A stretch of DNA of 64,000 nucleotides from Nitrospirota bacterium (lineage in GTDB: Bacteria; Nitrospirota; UBA9217): NCBI GenBank assembly GCA_963751455.1, contig CAVVUN010000012.1, positions 480,001-544,000 on the forward strand, read 5' to 3'. The notes under the pieces were generated by a model that did not search any database, was not told where the DNA came from, and saw nothing but the letters and a program-made list of their open reading frames with translations. Of the stretch, positions 61,353-64,000 are shown piece after piece. Both the position numbers and the translations under genes were made by a program. Each line of letters opens with the position of its first letter. The stretch's first letter is position 1.

Positions 61353-64000
61353 TCAGGCCGAGGGCTTTGGTTGCCGCTGTCGTCCGCTCCCAGCGCCGGC
61401 TCTTTTGCCTTTGCCGCCTTTCTTGGTCTCAACAGGCTTGGCGGTCTGCGACGGTTCCGCTACGCGCGCGGCTTCTTTCGTCTCGACAGGCTTCACAGCC
61501 TCCTGCGGTTCTTCGGCCGGCGCTGCTTCTTTGGCCGCGGCAGGTTTCTCAGTCTGAGCCGGCTCCGTCGCCTGCACCGCTTCTGTGGTCGCGGGCGGTT
61601 CCGGACGGTCGATGGCGAACAAGTATGAATCCAGCGAAGAGATAACGGCACTCTCCTCTTCCCGCTTGGCGTAACGCGCGGGTACGAACACGGCCAGCTT
61701 CTCCAGGCTCTTGTCGATCCACTCGTTGTAGATGCCGATGGTCATCAGTTCAAGATTCTTTTCGTGCATTTTGATGGCCTTATCCTCAAAGGGATAGGCC
61801 TGCTCTTCGATGGCTAACTCGTACTGCTCCATCTCCAGCGGCGCCAAACCCTTCGGACGTTCGGATTCCAGCAGAGCTTTGCTGAAGTGGGCATTGATCT
61901 CGGCCAGATAGAAAGTGGCCGCTGCCGTAACCTCGCCGACTTCATAGTCCAGAAGTTTGGAAAATTCCTGCGTGGCCGTCTTCATCAGCTGGCGCTTCTT
62001 GCGCAAATTGACATCAAAGGGTTTGACCAGCCTGACTTCGGCGAAACTGGTGAATTTCGGTTGAGTCAGCACCACAGCGGCCTTGCCGCCAAAATAGCGG
62101 GTCCGGTCGGTACGCTCGCGTCCCGCTGCGGCATCAAGTGCGACAACCTCCCGGAGTTCCTTCAAGTAACCTTTCTGGTCATCTTTCTCCTTCAGAATCT
62201 CGCCAATTTTGCTGCGGGTTTCGAGGTTGAGCTCCAGCGGCTGCGGGAAGTAATCCGCGTAGCGCCGATACACGACCAACGTGCGAGCCGGGTTCCCTGC
62301 TTTCTGATGCAAATCCGCCGCGATCAGCAGTGCCTCCCTCCTTGCCTCATTATCCCGGGACTCTCTTTCTATGCGTTCATATTCATCGGCTGCGAGGGAG
62401 AGCTGCCCATCCTCGCGGTAGATGTAGGCGATCTTCTTGGTCACCTCGGTCTGCAGTGCGTGTCCGGGGAACAGGTCCCGGAAGCCCTTCAGCACAGCCG
62501 CCGCCATCTTCCAGTCCTTAAGCTGCATCAGGGCGGCCGCCGCATCGTACTCCGCGGTCACCCTGATTTTGGAAGTCGGGGCCATACGCCCGACGCGGAG
62601 AAAATGCTGCGTGGCTGCCCGATAATCCGCGAGGGCATTCGCCTGTTCACCTTGCTTGTATATCGCTGACGCAAAATTATCGATCAGGGCATCGCGACTT
62701 TTGTCCCCGGCAGGGAGCAGCGCCAGCACATTCGCGTAAGCGGTTTCAGCTTCGCTGTAGCGCAGCAGCTCGTAGGTCGAGTGGCCAACCACCAGCCAGG
62801 CTGCGCGCTTGACATCCTTATCGGCGCCGGGGAAAACCTTGTTGAGTTTGTGCGCGGTAGCCAGCGCCTGCTCATAATCCCGCAAATCGTACAGATCATC
62901 CGCTGCCGCCCCCAGAACAATCGCCGCCTTCTCATGCTCAGGATAGATGTCCGCAAACTTCAGCGAGCTGCGTACGACCTCCCGTCTCACCTGATCTTTT
63001 GCCGCGGGCGCAGCGCCCACGAGGTGTTGGCGATAGGCGTAAATTGCCGCGTAGCCGGCCTGCGGGGACTTTTCGTGGCGCGGGTATTCATAGGCGATTT
63101 TCTCGTATTCCATTGCCGCAAGATCGAACGAGCGGTTTTCCAGAAACAGATCCGCCAACAGATAATGAATAGCCGGCGACTCCGGGTCCATCGGGAAAGA
63201 AGTGAGGAACTCGCGATACCAATGCAGCGCTTCATCGAAGTTTGTCTTTTTTTCCTTGATCTGCTGCGGGCTCTGGTAAAGCGCGTGATAATGCTTTGCC
63301 AGATCAGTGAGGTTCGTTTTGAGCCAGGCCAGCACTTCCGGACGGGCGCTCGGTTCGAAATGCTGCCAGTATTCGGCCTTGAGTCCGTACTTTTCGGCAA
63401 ATTGCTTTTTTGCGTCAATAACGAGGCTGGGGAACGCCCCGGCAAGATCGATTTCGATGACCCGCATGGCGAATTGAGGGGATACTTTGTGAAACAGATT
63501 GCGGCTGACAAAGGCGTTGTAGGCTGCCGCGGCGTCGCTATAGCGGCGTTTGTCGAAGTAAAATTCCCCGAGGTTGCTGTAGACGCTGTCCTCGTAACTG
63601 CGCTTGCCGTGGCGGTTGAAGTACTCGACCACGGAGTCGGCGCCGCCGAGGTTGGAAAAACTCAAACTGATGATCCGGAAGGTGTCATCAATTCGCTTGC
63701 GTTCCGGCTCATCCGCGGTCTGAGAAAAGTCGTAGCCCACCGACACCTTGTAATCCAGCAGAGCAATGAATCGATGCAGAGCCTCGTCATAAAGTTCCTG
63801 CTTGTAAAAGGTCCAGCCCAGCTTGTAGAGCGCGAGCTGAAAATAGGAAGAAGAGACGCCGATGGTCACGATGCTGGCGTAGGCCTCCTCGGCATCCAGG
63901 TAATGCCTGCGGGTGAAGAAATATTCAGCGCGCCGGAACTGCACTTCATCGATATAACGGGACCGTGGGTAGACGCGCACCAACCGGTTCATGACTTCCA
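61353..64000 (-). CDS. Large TPR protein (GltD/AgmU-like), 5' end outside the window
   Basis: EVQFRRAEYFF, ALYKLGW, many TPRs, IEEQAYPFEDKAIKMHEKN, low-complexity C-terminal tail. Confidence 0.82.
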   Translation of the reverse strand, partial: EVMNRLVRVYPRSRYIDEVQFRRAEYFFTRRHYLDAEEAYASIVTIGVSSSYFQLALYKLGWTFYKQELYDEALHRFIALLDYKVSVGYDFSQTADEPERKRIDDTFRIISLSFSNLGGADSVVEYFNRHGKRSYEDSVYSNLGEFYFDKRRYSDAAAAYNAFVSRNLFHKVSPQFAMRVIEIDLAGAFPSLVIDAKKQFAEKYGLKAEYWQHFEPSARPEVLAWLKTNLTDLAKHYHALYQSPQQIKEKKTNFDEALHWYREFLTSFPMDPESPAIHYLLADLFLENRSFDLAAMEYEKIAYEYPRHEKSPQAGYAAIYAYRQHLVGAAPAAKDQVRREVVRSSLKFADIYPEHEKAAIVLGAAADDLYDLRDYEQALATAHKLNKVFPGADKDVKRAAWLVVGHSTYELLRYSEAETAYANVLALLPAGDKSRDALIDNFASAIYKQGEQANALADYRAATQHFLRVGRMAPTSKIRVTAEYDAAAALMQLKDWKMAAAVLKGFRDLFPGHALQTEVTKKIAYIYREDGQLSLAADEYERIERESRDNEARREALLIAADLHQKAGNPARTLVVYRRYADYFPQPLELNLETRSKIGEILKEKDDQKGYLKELREVVALDAAAGRERTDRTRYFGGKAAVVLTQPKFTSFAEVRLVKPFDVNLRKKRQLMKTATQEFSKLLDYEVGEVTAAATFYLAEINAHFSKALLESERPKGLAPLEMEQYELAIEEQAYPFEDKAIKMHEKNLELMTIGIYNEWIDKSLEKLAVFVPARYAKREEESAVISSLDSYLFAIDRPEPPATTEAVQATEPAQTEKPAAAKEAAPAEEPQEAVKPVETKEAARVAEPSQTAKPVETKKGGKGKRAGAGSGRQRQPKPSA

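Overview
A bacterial chromosomal window. Gene content and intergenic repeats suggest Nitrospirota or a Desulfobacterota-like anaerobe (inference). There are four blocks. (1) 1-22.5 kb is housekeeping: a redox gene, a hidden two-UGA selenoprotein missed by the ORF track, corA, 2-oxoacid:ferredoxin oxidoreductase, lgt, hsp20 plus hrcA-grpE-dnaK-dnaJ with two perfect CIRCE boxes, moaAC and PPi-dependent PFK. (2) 22.6-43.6 kb is a defence island: a type I-G CRISPR-Cas locus (csb1-csb2-cas3-cas8g2, cas4/1, cas2) with 87 full repeats by manual count, Bro-N and RhuM genes inside the cas run, YhcG, a TumE-like TA pair, and relics of a different cas3 and a WYL regulator. (3) 43.7-56.3 kb is an uncharacterised envelope operon (lipoprotein, PEGA/CsgG-like/TPR protein, TolB-like protein, TPR protein, OppABCDF) behind a sigma70 promoter, a GEMM-I-like aptamer with the A20 (cGAMP-type) signature and a leader terminator. 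(4) 56.8-64 kb is an Agl-Glt-core-like ExbB/ExbD/TonB-TPR cluster. The best candidate for an undescribed system is blocks 3+4. Many single-base frameshifts, including one in the usually essential lgt, look like sequencing errors. All family assignments are by eye from motifs; no database searches were run.
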